This document shows, one piece after another, positions 28,001 to 38,989 of a stretch of 64,000 nucleotides of DNA; the first letter of the stretch is position 1, and each line of letters opens with the position of its first letter. The notes under the pieces were generated by a model, which saw only the letters and a list, made by a program, of their open reading frames with translations, had not been told where the DNA came from and did not search any database. Source of the stretch: Podarcis melisellensis (lineage: Eukaryota); the NCBI GenBank assembly GCA_964234715.1, contig OZ174279.1. The stretch is one strand, 5' to 3'. A program made the position numbers and the translations under genes.

Positions 28001-30046
28001 GCGCCTCATGTTCCGCCAGCGCTTCTTCACAGAGTGTGTGCCGCAGTTGGTGCAGGGTTTCCACACAGCGGCTCCTGGTAAGAATTTCCTCTGTCCCATT
28101 CCTTACGGAAAGCATCTGAATTAACAGGAGGAGCACAGTTGGAATAATGGTCAAATTGAAATGAGGAAGCTACTGCAGCATTTTAGCATTTTTTTTGTCT
28201 GCAGAAATTGTGGACTCCTTGCATGACCTGCCTTTTGTAGCCCTCTTTGGACAGTAGGAGCTTCTGAACTCTCGACAACAAGAGGAGCAGTCCAAGCCTC
28301 TCGCCTTTTTCTTCCTCTTCCCGGACCCTTCGGAGTTTCTGGAGATGATTTTGAGCAGGAGAGCTCAAAACTGTGAGCTCGCCTACTCTGCCTGTTACAT
28401 GGGACAAACAAATGGCTTTTCTTTACTGGCAAGAGGTGGTCTTCACTGTAGTCTCTGTGGAGGTCATTTGCTATTCAGTTTCTAAATGGTCATAACCTTT
28501 TCGGATGAGTCTCCTCGGAGCCACAGATTTAAGTCTTGCCCTTCTGTTCTTCCTAGATGTGAAGGCGAATTACCTGAAAGGCCTGTCTCACATACTGAAC
28601 CACCTGCCCAAACCAGTGCTAGTGACAGAGCTGCCTACGGTGAGTGTGCAGCAGTGCCGAGCACCAGGTCCTAAGAACTCTTGGGAATTATTTTGTGGGT
28701 GGGGCGTATTATGGAGAAGAACGATCCCCCCCCCCCGTAGTTGGTTAGAGCATGGTGCTGATGATGCCAAGGTTGCAGGCTCAATCCTTGTGTGGGACAG
28801 CTGCATTGCAGGGAGTTGGACTAAATGATCCTTAGGGTCACTTTCAACTCTATAATTCTGTTGATTCCATGACTCTACCCTCTTATCCCCCAGTTGCTAC
28901 CTCTCCTGCTGGAAGCTCTGTCGTGTCCTGACCTTGCGGTGCAGCTCTCAACTTTGCACTGCCTACAGCCGCTGTTGCTCGAGGCTCCGCACGTCATGAG
29001 CCTGCACGTCGACACACTCGTGGGCAAATTTATCAGCCTGACAAACAACCCTGCTATGGTGAGTACTGGGTAGCCTCTTTATGCAGCTGGATACTCCCGG
29101 TTTCCTCCTGGATGGTCAGCAGGAGACTAAATGTACCGTTTATATTGCAGGCAATCCGCATTGCTGCGCTACAGTGCCTCCATGCACTTGCCTCCCTCCC
29201 CACTCCAGTGGTAAGTAATGGATCTGCCCGGTAGCTTGCCAGATGCTCCAACATTTGCCTTACTTGTGCCAAGATCTACTTGTCTCCTGTTGCTAGCACA
29301 AACAGGTATTAAGACCTCCATGGGAACTGGGGGAACCTCATTGATGGTGGCTTCTGCTTTCTACCAGGTGATACCTTACAAGCCACGAGTGATTCGAGCC
29401 CTGGCCAAACCCCTGGATGACAAGAAGCGGCTGGTGCGGAAGGAAGCTGTGGCAGCACGAGGAGAATGGTGAGCAGGACTCTTTCTCTTGGGGGACAGCG
29501 TAGAAAAAACAGTACCTACTTAAATACACTGTAGTTGCTCGACTTGGCTGTCCTTGAGACTCACTGTAATTAAATTGGAGGGAGGTTGACATATCCTTGT
29601 ACAGATGCGATGAAGCCATTTTGATTGAGCGTAGAGGTTTGGATTAATAACTTGGGTTCTGACTAAGCAATCAGGATGAAAATAAAGTATAAGGGAGACT
29701 TGAAAAGAAATGTAGAATATCTGAATTATTGTAAACACATTAAAATGTTAACAGTAATAGAATAAATTCAGCAGTAAGAAATATTTTGATATAAAACTGG
29801 GAAAACGAGAATGGGGGGGGGGAGGATAGAGTATGTAGCATAAAAGGGTTAATAAAATGAACCAGGGAGGGGGAAGGGAAGTCAAGGATATTTGGATTTA
29901 AAGTTGTGTTTAAATTTGTAAAAAAATGGTAATTTATTTATAAATAAATTTTTAAAAGGGCTCCTTTTCTTCATGCCTTGCTGCTGCTAAAGCCCGCTGT
30001 GGTGGTCTTTTTCTTCAGGTTTCTGCTTGGGACACCTGCCAGGTGA
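8968..30046 (+). CDS. MMS19: MMS19 cytosolic Fe-S cluster assembly (CIA) targeting factor, HEAT-repeat protein; 31 coding exons, 3063 nt, 1020 aa
   Basis: Exons, all GT-AG and phase-consistent: 8968-9061, 12900-12948, 15200-15300, 16238-16323, 16879-16953, 17963-18032, 18120-18248, 18566-18627, 18790-18876, 20220-20294, 20564-20641, 21383-21521, 21858-22012, 22231-22309, 23171-23296, 23615-23696, 24624-24721, 25047-25178, 25932-26087, 26364-26463, 26857-26959, 27066-27143, 27316-27442, 27571-27671, 27749-27805, 27891-28077, 28557-28639, 28894-29058, 29151-29210, 29368-29468, 30019-30046. Diagnostic peptides: FYENRLKDHHLV, GFIQVMDGEKDPRNLL, ELFEVTSCYFPIDFTP, LDDKKRLVRKEAVAARGEWFLLG. Confidence 0.97.
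12271..12399. mobile_element. hAT-type palindromic MITE
   Basis: Exact 8-bp TSD GCCTAGAG at 12263-12270 and 12400-12407. TCCCATC...GATGGGA core. Confidence 0.75.
12957..13060 (+). repeat. Compound tandem repeat (GTAAGAAA)10(GAAA)6
   Basis: Counted directly; begins 8 nt into MMS19 intron 2. Confidence 0.95.
14799..14996 (-). mobile_element. Squam3-like tRNA-derived SINE (split plus-strand copy at 25304-25646; fragments near 3230-3335 and 12700-12760)
   Basis: Minus strand reads GTAGCTCAGTGGAAGAGCACTTGC...GGTTCAATCCC (A/B boxes) and ends in a TTCCTATGT-type tail. Confidence 0.72.
19012..19060 (+). repeat. Compound microsatellite (AAT)n(ACAT)n, probably a LINE tail
   Basis: Directly visible; adjoins the L2-like end. 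Other small microsatellites: (TA)n at about 3559-3575, (ATAC)n at about 11237-11258, (CT)n at about 52928-52953. Confidence 0.9.
20750..20956 (-). mobile_element. Tc1/mariner MITE, family A
   Basis: TA|CAGTGGTACCTC...GAGGTACCGCTG|TA; reverse orientation relative to the 860 copy. Confidence 0.85.
20960..21206. mobile_element. Degenerate TIR element (Tc2/mariner-like), abutting the family A MITE
   Basis: Ends ATTGGCCTGAATATAAGC / GCTTATATTTGGGCCAAT. Internal duplicate GAATTTTAA..GCTTATATT. Confidence 0.6.
22617..22830. mobile_element. Probable PIF/Harbinger-like MITE remnant
   Basis: CATTTAAAGCA ... TGCTTTAAATG inverted ends, with a core recalled from lizard repeats. Confidence 0.5.
25385..25538 (+). 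mobile_element. tRNA(Ile)-headed SINE with CR1-like tail (POM-like), nested in another SINE
   Basis: Head TAGCTCAGTTGGTTAAAGTGTGGTGCTGATAATGGCAAGGTTGCAGGTTTGATC; tail CTAGATGATCCCCAGGGTCCCTTCCAACC. Confidence 0.8.
26665..26800 (+). mobile_element. L2-like LINE 3' end (reverse copy at about 19060-19152; related tail at about 6280-6475)
   Basis: GGGAAGTTTTTAATGTTT..GCTCAGAGTGGCTG is the reverse complement of sequence at 19088-19151. Confidence 0.6.
28737..28872 (+). mobile_element. POM-like SINE copy
   Basis: Same head and tail as the 25385 and 42798 copies. Confidence 0.8.
29520..29957 (+). mobile_element. L1-like 3' fragment in the last MMS19 intron
   Basis: A-rich with GGGAAGTC and an AATAAA/A-rich end, similar in layout to the 38242 and 51800 elements. 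Confidence 0.5.
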
Positions 30047-30309
30047 AGGTTCACACTGCAAATCCTGACTGACAATCTCACCTGCCCCCACTCACCTGGT
30101 AAGCTGTCGGCCTTGATGTCCTGGGGCCTAGATTTCCATGCAAAGCAGCAAGGCTCTGGGCAGAAGAGGACTGTTTTGTGGACAGCCCTTTCCTAATCAC
30201 AACATCAGCGATCAGTAGGAAGGAACAGCCGGCCCCTGTTCCTGCTGCAGCGCGGTAGTGAGTGGAGGTGGCAGGACCCCCATATATTATGTATGTATGG
30301 GGCCAGAAG

Positions 30310-30315
30310 AATAAA
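30310..30315 (+). terminator. Candidate MMS19 poly(A) signal AATAAA (second candidate near 30835)
   Basis: First AATAAA after the stop, about 265 nt downstream. Confidence 0.55.
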
Positions 30316-31108
30316 AACTTGTTTGCTAACAGCCTCTGGCAAAAGTGCTTCTTGTGGGGAAGTAGTAGAAATAAGGGTCTTGCCTTCACCTCATATTAAG
30401 TGCAGCTTCCCCACCTTCCTGCCATAATGGTGTCTGCGTACAGAGAGATTTTTCATGTGCTAATAGAACTAAAGCCTACTACATGAACTTAGCACCTCTC
30501 ATGCAAAGATCAAACAGTGAATTACTTTAATACAGAATATTTCTGAATACAAGTTGCAAGAGCTGAGCCTAGGTGTCTAGGAACGTTCTATCTGATGTGA
30601 TACCTGCTGGAGAAATCTAGCAAACTAGCATAGGAAGATACTGACAGATCTGGTATGCCTTTTTCTGTAAGTGCAGGCTGGTGGTTGTTTACTTTCTTGA
30701 TTATCAGCCACTGGTATTAAACTGGTGAAGCTGCAGCTGCCTTTGGCAGTAAAATGAGTTCAGAAATCCACCTGAGCCCCTGTGTGGCATTCTGCAATGA
30801 GGTGGTAGTTTGCTTGTTTGGAAAGTGTTCTACAAATAAAGTTTTTTAAGAGTGCCACTGCTGCCCATCTGAAATTTATACATGGCATTAAAGGTTACAG
30901 CTCCCTAGTTCCTCTGCTGTGTCTTTCCAGTGACAACCCTCATTAATGAACATAGTAGAACTGTATTTGAAAATAGATGAAAGTACATGACTAGCCATGA
31001 CATAGAGCGTTGTACATGCTGGAAAACAGCTGAGCCTCAGTGGTAGAGAGGCCATGCTTTACCCTTCCTAGGTGTAAGACGTTTGCTGGCAAGGTGCCTA
31101 CTCTTGAA

Positions 31109-31243
31109 TAGCGTTTCTCAAACCTGGGTCCCCAGCTGTTGTTGGACTACAACTCCCATCATCCCTAGCTAGCAGGATCAGTGGTCAGGGGTGATGGGAA
31201 TTGTAGTCCACCAACAGTTGGGATCCAGGTTTGAGAAACACTG
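31109..31243. mobile_element. hAT-type palindromic MITE (related copies at about 13997-14135 and 43267-43400)
   Basis: Long inverted arms GTTTCTCAAACCTG..GGACTACAACTCCCATCA / TGATGGGAATTGTAGTCC..CAGGTTTGAGAAAC. Confidence 0.75.
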
Positions 31244-31907
31244 GTCTAGCCATTGACCACACCTTAACTTGAATTAATGGTGGGGCCTGGGGCTGTGTTG
31301 AAGGCCTAATTACTCTTCTTAAGTAGATGGTTGCAAAGAAAGCAGTGCTTAATGGCATGCGTCCCATGGCTATTATAACAGAACCCCCCACCATACACTT
31401 CTCAGGGCTGCTTTTCATACATGCTCCATAGCTGAGTTTCAGGTAGTCAAACAAAACCAGTCCTGCATAGTACCCCACCCCCTTTAATCCTACTATGTAC
31501 CACTAGTTCTGGACTACTCATAAATTATTTGTAAAAACATGGAAGGGGCACTGAGAGGTAAGCATCAGCTTCTCATGTTGCTGCCTTGAAAGGGCTACAG
31601 AAACCTGCAGTTTGGTGAGAGGTCAACAGAGTGGAAAAATGGTAATGGTACATATACAAGAATAGGGACAATCTGTGGCTTTTGAAAGATATTTTTAGAC
31701 TTCACCCCAAGGCCTTACACCTAATGGCCGGGACCAACAAAATCTCTTAAGACCTACAACTATCTGTAAAAACAGCACTGCCTGGAATCTGTTCTGAAAA
31801 GACAGTTGTGAGCTATAGAGAGATCAATCAGTTTCTTAAGATATTGCCACCATTGTGCCTTCTCTTCTGCTAAAGAGGAACAGATGCCACACCATATTAA
31901 AATGATT

Positions 31908-31913
31908 TTTATT
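31908..31913 (-). terminator. Candidate ZDHHC16 poly(A) signal
   Basis: TTTATT on plus, i.e. AATAAA on minus, about 370 nt after the stop. Confidence 0.6.
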
Positions 31914-32280
31914 TTCGTTTAAAAAATCCCTGCCTACATAGTGGAAGAGTAACAAGACCCTGGCATACCAGCCAGGGTCCTGAGGTGGGGCAGGGGGCAT
32001 ATTGCGCCTTCCTCCACTACCAGGAATACCAATACTTCATCCTACATAGGCTGGATTATGTGGGCAAGACATTGCTGTCTCACCGCAGCTGCCTGCAGCT
32101 GGGGGGGGGCTCTTCCACCTTCATCCTAAGACTGCTGGAGCAGTTTGCTGCAGCTGGTGCAATTGTGGCATGTGACGTCACCAGCACCTCGGGGAACTGT
32201 GCTGTCCATTATGCTGCCCCTTGAAAGCAGCCTGTGGTTTCCCGTCTTCCGGCAGCTGGTCAACTCTGCCCTTTATCAAA

Positions 32281-35200
32281 TCAAATTGTCAAGAGAGGAG
32301 TCTTCTGTTCCACAATGCAGGGTGGAGTTTCCCAACTCAGGCCAGATCCATAGGGTGGGTGTGTGGAGGGTAGTAGAACTCGGGTGACCCAGTGCCTAGA
32401 AAAGAGAACATCTTTCAATGAATAAATGGAACACAGGAAGACATTTATAGGCTTGCTAGTATATTCTGCCCAAGATCCAGCCAATCCCAGCCACCCTATT
32501 ATCCAAGAGACAGGGCAGATGTAAAGTATACCAGTTGCACATTTCCCGTTCTCACCTCTGTGTCTCCACACCCAGGAAAACCTTCCAATTTCCCAAAGGA
32601 CCATAGTTGTATGGGTTTTGGAAGACCTAGGGCCAATGGAAAAGTAGCATGAAATATTCTGCTAGGACCTGGTTCTGGCATATTTATTCATTCTTCCATT
32701 CTGCATAGCAACCCCTCTTGGGAAAATCTGACTATGGTCAAACTTCAGAATTATTCAAATGGTTAAAAATAAGTGCGACGGAATCATACCCTTTAAAAGA
32801 AAACGTTTCCCTGTTTATGTAGCTGAGTTTTATATCGTGTATTAATATTAATTCAAATAAAATACTAAAAGAAAAATATATTCAAATGCATGCCTGATTA
32901 AAAATAGTTTTGTGTTTTCTGGAAGCCAGAGAATAACAGGGTCAACTCAAGAGGAAGTTTGTTTATACAGGAAGGGGCTGCAGGAGAAAAGGCCCTGTTT
33001 TAGCTATTTTTCTAACTAGACACCCTGAACTGATGGAACTTTAGCATGACACACACATTAAGCAAATAGGTGAGCTCAGCTGTTCTGCCTCCATTTCCCC
33101 CCCCCCAATTGAGGGTTGAGCCTTGCCCTCCTCACCTTGCCCTTCAATCGGAGCCTCTTTCTTTCTTTGCGGTTTATGTGCCTTTCAATGCTGGTCTCAC
33201 CACGAGTGATGAGGACAGAATGCCAGAGCATGAGAGCGCCCAGTGCCAAGGCTACTGAACTGCAGGGAAATAAACAGAGGAATGTTGCAGCGGATGGGCA
33301 AACACCAAGTAGCTGAAATAGCTGGAGCAAGTCGCTTATTATCTCTCACTGACAGCTGGATGAGGCTTTTGCAGAGAGCAGAGAATAAGACAGCTAGAAA
33401 GCTCTGTGCTCCGGAGGCTGACTTGGCAGCTTTCTCAAAGCATTCCGGAGAGACTTGCCCCTCCTCTTCCCCATGAGCACCAAACAACCAGATCAGTTAC
33501 CTGCAGAGGACCCAGGCATACACTATACTCTTGTGGAAAGCTCGCTGGCGGAAGGAGAAGGTGGGTGGTGGTGTCTGAGAGTAAGTCTGCAAGGAAAAAG
33601 CAGATGTTGCGGTGGCCAGAGATGCGAGGATGCAGCGACCCCAAACCAATGAGATGTGGAGATCTTTCAAGGACAAATGGGTGGACGGACAGCACAGCAC
33701 AAGACAGACACCTCTTGGGAGGCAAGGGTCTTGATCATGAATCAGCGATGGGGCAGAGCATGGGTTCCGGGGTTCAATACTCACTTACTCCCCATTCATA
33801 CATTATCTTTTGGAAAACAAGAATACAACGTCACTTAGCCAGCTATGCAAACAGTTCCTCCCCTCGATGGCACAACCAACTGCAGCTGAATGGGCTCGGG
33901 CTCCCTTAGGAGGAAGAAGGGAAGGAGTGATTCTGCCCAGGAAAGGGAACCTGAGCAGTCACAGCCATGGCTGTAGAGTCAATTGCTGGGGCAGAGCAGC
34001 AAGCTCCCCTGCCATGCTCTGCCCTGTCCCTGACTTGAGCAGCGGAGCAGCAGGTACCCCACCTGATTGGCTGTCACGTGCAGTCTCCCCTTGTCAAGCA
34101 GTTTCATTTTCTATCGGATGGAAAAGAGGCTGCCAGTTACACACACTCAGTTCTCCTCGGCCTATGTAACTCCTCGTGCAGTTATCCAGGCCAGGAGGAA
34201 GAGCCCCTCCCCCTCCACTGAGAAAGCACCCCCCCTCCCATGCCACCATGTGCCCAGGCAGACCCCAGAAACCTCACCTCAATGGCAGCATAGGCCTCCC
34301 AGAATAGGTCCCAGCCGCTGACGCTGCTGTAGATGCAGCCCATGGTCATGAACAGCATGAAGGAGAAGAAGTAGCGGTGGTTGAAGTGCCCCACGCAGTT
34401 GTTCAGCCATGCTGTCCCTTGGGGTTAAAGGTCTGTAAAGGCAGGCAAAAATCCCCAACCCTCCTCACCGTTTAACAGGGGATAGCCAATTCTGGATCTG
34501 CACCCAAACCGTACTGGTGATTTAATTGATCCACCTAATATCATGCCACCTGTTGGGGCTCCTTCCAATTTTGCTGCTCCTTTCAATTTGGGGGAGTGAG
34601 GAGATCTGCTTACTCAGGACACACTTTAATAAAGCCATAACCCAGCAGGCAAGAAGAACAGGGGATGATGCTTCACATAGGAGGAATAGCAGTTCTGGCC
34701 TAAGAACCATTTTGATTTGGTGCTGAAACAGGAATGCCCCCTCTGAAATGCAGCTGATGGTTCCCAAATCATTTGCTGAGACATGCCTCACATGAGATCT
34801 GCACAAATACTTTTCCTTTTCCTCTTCAATGTTGCAAGTTTACCCCCTTGGACAAGTTAATCTCAAGACATCCTTTACTTTCCCAGGGGATATATATTAT
34901 CACTTTGCATATAACATCGCATTCCTGGGACAAGTGACCTTACAGGAGACCCCCAAGTCAGTCCAGCTATGGGCCTGCAGAAGGATACGGCAGTGATGGT
35001 CCATCTTCAACACACACCTGTGGAAGGGAAATCGCATTTGCATTAGAGCACTATTGCACACTGGAGGTGAGACAGAAGAAGGAGATGCTGACAGCGCAGC
35101 TTAAATAGTAAGGAAATGATGCAGCTATGGAACATGACACGGTGCAGCAACACAAGGCAAGAAAAACAAGAACAAGTCACCACTCGATCCCTTAATGTGC

Positions 35201-37339
35201 ATGCAAGCAAGAGACCGGCTGAAGGCTGCTTGGCGAGAGCTGGGTACTGGCTGCTCACTGGCCTCAATGCAAAGCCCTCTGCAGTCTTTGGCAATGTTAC
35301 CTTAGTGTAAGGAGACTTCTGCACAAACTTGCAGGTGTTCCTAAAGGTAGAGATGCCTATAGTCTATAGATACACAGATGCACCCCAAGGCTACACAGCA
35401 TTTGGCAGAATTTAGCTTCTTGAGCATGTTTCCTTTCATTAAAAAAAGGCAAATTTCTAACCTTTATGGCTTGGGAAATAAAACCAAAGGTTTAAAGTGA
35501 GTGGAGAAAGCAAAGAAGATTCAAAGAGGAGGAGGACTGAGCAGCATTTCCCAAGCTCTGATGTTCTCCATAGTCCTTTACCTCTAATCCCACAGGTAGC
35601 AGACATTATGCAAAACAGACATTTGAAGACTGAACATATTTGCCTAATTTATTAAAACCACACATATGCCGCCCTTCCTCTATTTACTGTACTTTCTTTA
35701 TCAGTGCAGAGAAACTATGTTGATGTTCTTACAGGTTATATCTCAGCTGAAAGAGGGACTCCAAGACTTCAGCATGAGAAACAGGCAACAATTCATCTAT
35801 GTCCAGATTATTATTGTCATCGCAATTCTGCACCAGAGGAAACTCTCACTCCGTATCCAAAATTATGAAGATCACAAAAGTGTGAAACGAGTCAAGTAGT
35901 TATGCTTCCTGCATTCTCGTGCTTTATTCTGAAACAAGTATTTGGATATTTGGGGGAAATATAAGAGAGAATCACAAGAAGTATATGCCAAGAGGGGAAT
36001 GTGGAGTTCAGAAAGCTTTCTAAAATTCTCAGGAGTCTTTGCCAGACACAGGATTCTACACCAGCTACCATAAGACATTTCATGCTCACATAAAATGTGA
36101 AAGATAAATGACCCTGGTTATCTGCCTGCCCATAAAGCATCTTTAAAGGGTTCGGGTTTTCACACGTGACACTGGTCTGATACAAGGGGAATGCCCACCT
36201 GTTGCAGATGCTGCAGTGGTGGGTCCGGGCAGGCTTCGGGGCAATACATTTCCTGCAGATGGAGACAGCAGCGACATCACTCTTCAACTGCTGCTGGAAG
36301 GAACATCAGTAGCCTTTAGCGTGGTTGCAAGAGTGCCATTGCCCTTACACTAACCCAAAACACACTGGGTCAAGCATCTTTGGACATGGGCCCTCTGGAG
36401 CTTGCACACAGTGGAAACTCGATATCAGCCCTTTCTCCATAAGTTCTGTGTAAGAGTCACCAGTGAAAGAAGAAGTGGTAGGAAATCATGTCCTACCATG
36501 GGCCTCAGTGTTAAAAAATAAACTTAATAAAAGTGAAATCAGATATTGGTGCCTCTACCCTACCTGCGGAGGAAAACCGGGCTGAGTAGTGATGGCCATA
36601 TAGTAGTGGAAGACAATCATGACGAGGTTCCAGTGACCATAGATGAAATGCCAGAAGATCCAAAGAAGGGGGTAGGTTTGCAAGACGAGCGGCAAGAGGC
36701 AGACGTACACTATGACCACCACTGAGCTGGTCAGAGTGATCACCAGGGCCACAAACACCTGTTGAGGGGGAAGAGGGAAGGGTCTGAGCCACCAACACAC
36801 TGCAGACAAGTCTCAGCCCTTTCGATGGAGGAATGTTTCCAGTGGATGGATCCCCACGCTAAACCCAACTTGGTCTCCCCATAGTCCGAAGAAAACAGCA
36901 GCGCTGGGGGACCACAAAAGAATTCAGCAAAGCATCAGCGCCATCTCCTCCCACACCTGCAAGGTCATGTATCTCCTTGCCCAGCTTAGATGTTTGATGG
37001 TGGCTTGAAGCCCAGGGCTCAAACTCTTTATTTCCTAGAGCTGAACATGTCTCCAGCAGGCCTGAAGCTGCACTCCGCTGCCTTTCCTCCCAAGATACTC
37101 ACCACCCCAAACCAGCGGGTGACGTGATCCACCAGCCAGTAGATGGGCTCAAAGAGGGCGTCGAGAGCAGTGTCGCCATTAGCAAAGGAGTTGTACACCA
37201 GGGAGCGCAAACAGAGGCGCCCATACAGCCAGAGCTGTCCCACATGCTTAGTCAGCCAGAACCGGCGCCGCTGACCTATCCGCAGGCATTTCAGGAAGAA
37301 GCGCATGACAGCAGAATACATCCTCTGGCGGCTCCTCAT
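32281..37339 (-). CDS. ZDHHC16: Palmitoyltransferase ZDHHC16; 10 coding exons, 1128 nt, 375 aa
   Basis: Exons in transcript order: 37339-37103, 36758-36564, 36287-36199, 35017-34989, 34411-34278, 34110-34063, 33586-33501, 33259-33136, 32626-32556, 32395-32281. The Cys-rich domain reads [44 protein letters not shown]. C-terminus HWVTRVLLPSTHPPYGSGLSWETPP matches recalled ZDHHC16. Confidence 0.96.
34412..34988 (-). other. ZDHHC16: U12-type (minor spliceosome) GT-AG intron of ZDHHC16, splitting DHHC-P
   Basis: 5' splice site GTATCCTT (34988-34981). Branch-like CCTTTAAC (34431-34424) about 12 nt from the AG. No polypyrimidine tract directly before the AG. Confidence 0.88.
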
Positions 37340-37829
37340 CCCTGCCACTCAGAGCCTGTGGAGAGAGGAAGCAGTGTTAAGTAGATACTGGACATCGGGT
37401 TTAGATGGAAGGCAAAGGCTTGGTGCCAAATATTCAGCGGTTGAGTCTACTGCTCCAGAATCACAATGCTAAGGGATGTAAGGAGGTGGAAGAGTCACGG
37501 CTAATCATAGGATAGTGCTGAGGGTGAGGAGTCACTCTCACTTCAGATGACTCCAGTGTAGCATTGGTGGGAAGGTTTTGCTCCCCCACTGCTTTCCGTG
37601 TGAGTAATGACAGCTAGTAGAATGCACCCAGAGTTGAAAGTGTCCCCTCCATGGCTCTGCCAATTCTCCTGCCTATCTTCTGAGATGAAATACCCAGGCT
37701 CCTTGCGTGAATATATATACACTGAGTTCAAAGGGCAAGAGATTGCCCAGAGCACACACAGCACCCCAAAGGCCAAAGAGGCACATCTATGAGGTTTGCA
37801 TTTGGAGTTCCTTTCCCAACATAATGGGG

Positions 37830-38048
37830 AAAACAGCTATCAGTGGCTACTGGCCATGATGGCTATGCTCTGCCCCCAGTTCTGAATCCCAGTTGCTGGA
37901 AACTGCAGAAGGGCAGAAGGGGAGAGTGCTTCTGCGCTCAGGTCCTGCTTGCAGGTTCCTCCCAGACATCTGGTTGGCCTCTGTAAGAACAGGATGGTGG
38001 ACTAGACAGGTCATTGCCTGATCCAGCAGGCTCTTCTTCAGCTCTCAT
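37830..38048 (+). mobile_element. CR1 LINE 3' end (other CR1 fragments near 50160-50360 and 61481-61530 on minus)
   Basis: GGACTAGA...CCTGATCCAGCAGGCTCTTCTT terminus recalled as squamate CR1. Confidence 0.6.
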
Positions 38049-38241
38049 AGCAAAGGGAGAGAATGACTGAGGAAACCAGGCATCTCATGAGTGGCGGGGA
38101 TACAGTGCCTTTCCCCCAAAGTTGTTTGCTGTGGTGTAGTCCAGAATTTTTAGGGTAGGGGGGATACCTTGAGTTAGGGATGGACCCTTCCAAAACAGAA
38201 GACAAGCCCATATAGAGCTGAGCACCTACGAGATTTAGAGA

Positions 38242-38670
38242 TCTGAGATGGAAACTGCAGGAACTACCAACGATTGAGGGGTGGCAGACAAAGATGATGG
38301 ACTATGCGGAACTGGCCAAGCTGATAGGCAGGATCCGGAACCAAGATGACCAAAAGTTTCCAAGAGAGTAAATTTATTGAGTATATGAATAATTATTGTA
38401 AAAATGTGAAGACACTAGCGGGATTGATATAAATTCTGCAACGAAGAAACTCTAAATCGCAAAACTTTATAGACAGAGTTGATCATAAGGATATAAAGGT
38501 CTGAAGTAGAGGATATAAAGTGCGACACAAAGATTTGAAAATTAAAAACCGGTTGAATGGATGGAGGGAAGTCACGAGCTCAGTAGAGCAAAGAATTTAT
38601 TTGTTTTGTTATTGGTATGCTGAAATATTGTGTTAAATTTTTTTTAGCAAAAATTATATTTTAAAAAAAA
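38242..38670 (+). mobile_element. 5'-truncated L1/Tx1-like LINE 3' end
   Basis: Peptide WKLQELPTIEGWQTKMMDYAELAKL, an A-tail, and 12-bp TSD GAGATTTAGAGA at 38230-38241 and 38671-38682. Confidence 0.8.
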
Positions 38671-38953
38671 GAGATTTAGAGAGCTGACAGGGAGGGAGAG
38701 GATTGAATCCTTGCTGCCATGCATCCTTTCATCTCTGCAAAATATTTATGGGTTGGGAAAGAATTGACTGGCGAAAGGGAGCCAACAGTGATACCTTCCC
38801 AAACCCAGTCCTGGTCTTGAGAGAGTTCAGCATATCCCCTTGACATCTCTGCCTCAGTTGGGGAAAATATCCAATTTAGACCTGTCTACTAAAGCTAGCA
38901 GGGCTAAGGAGGCCAAAATGATAAAAGAGGAGGAATGAAACGATGGCACTTAC

Positions 38954-38989
38954 CTGCTCGCAGAACTCTAGCATCAAGCTGCAGCTAAT
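38954..38989 (-). other. ZDHHC16: Putative 36-nt 5'UTR cassette exon of ZDHHC16
   Basis: Acceptor ttccctcttgctcttag| and consensus donor CAG|gtaagt on the minus strand. No transcript evidence is available. Confidence 0.45.
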
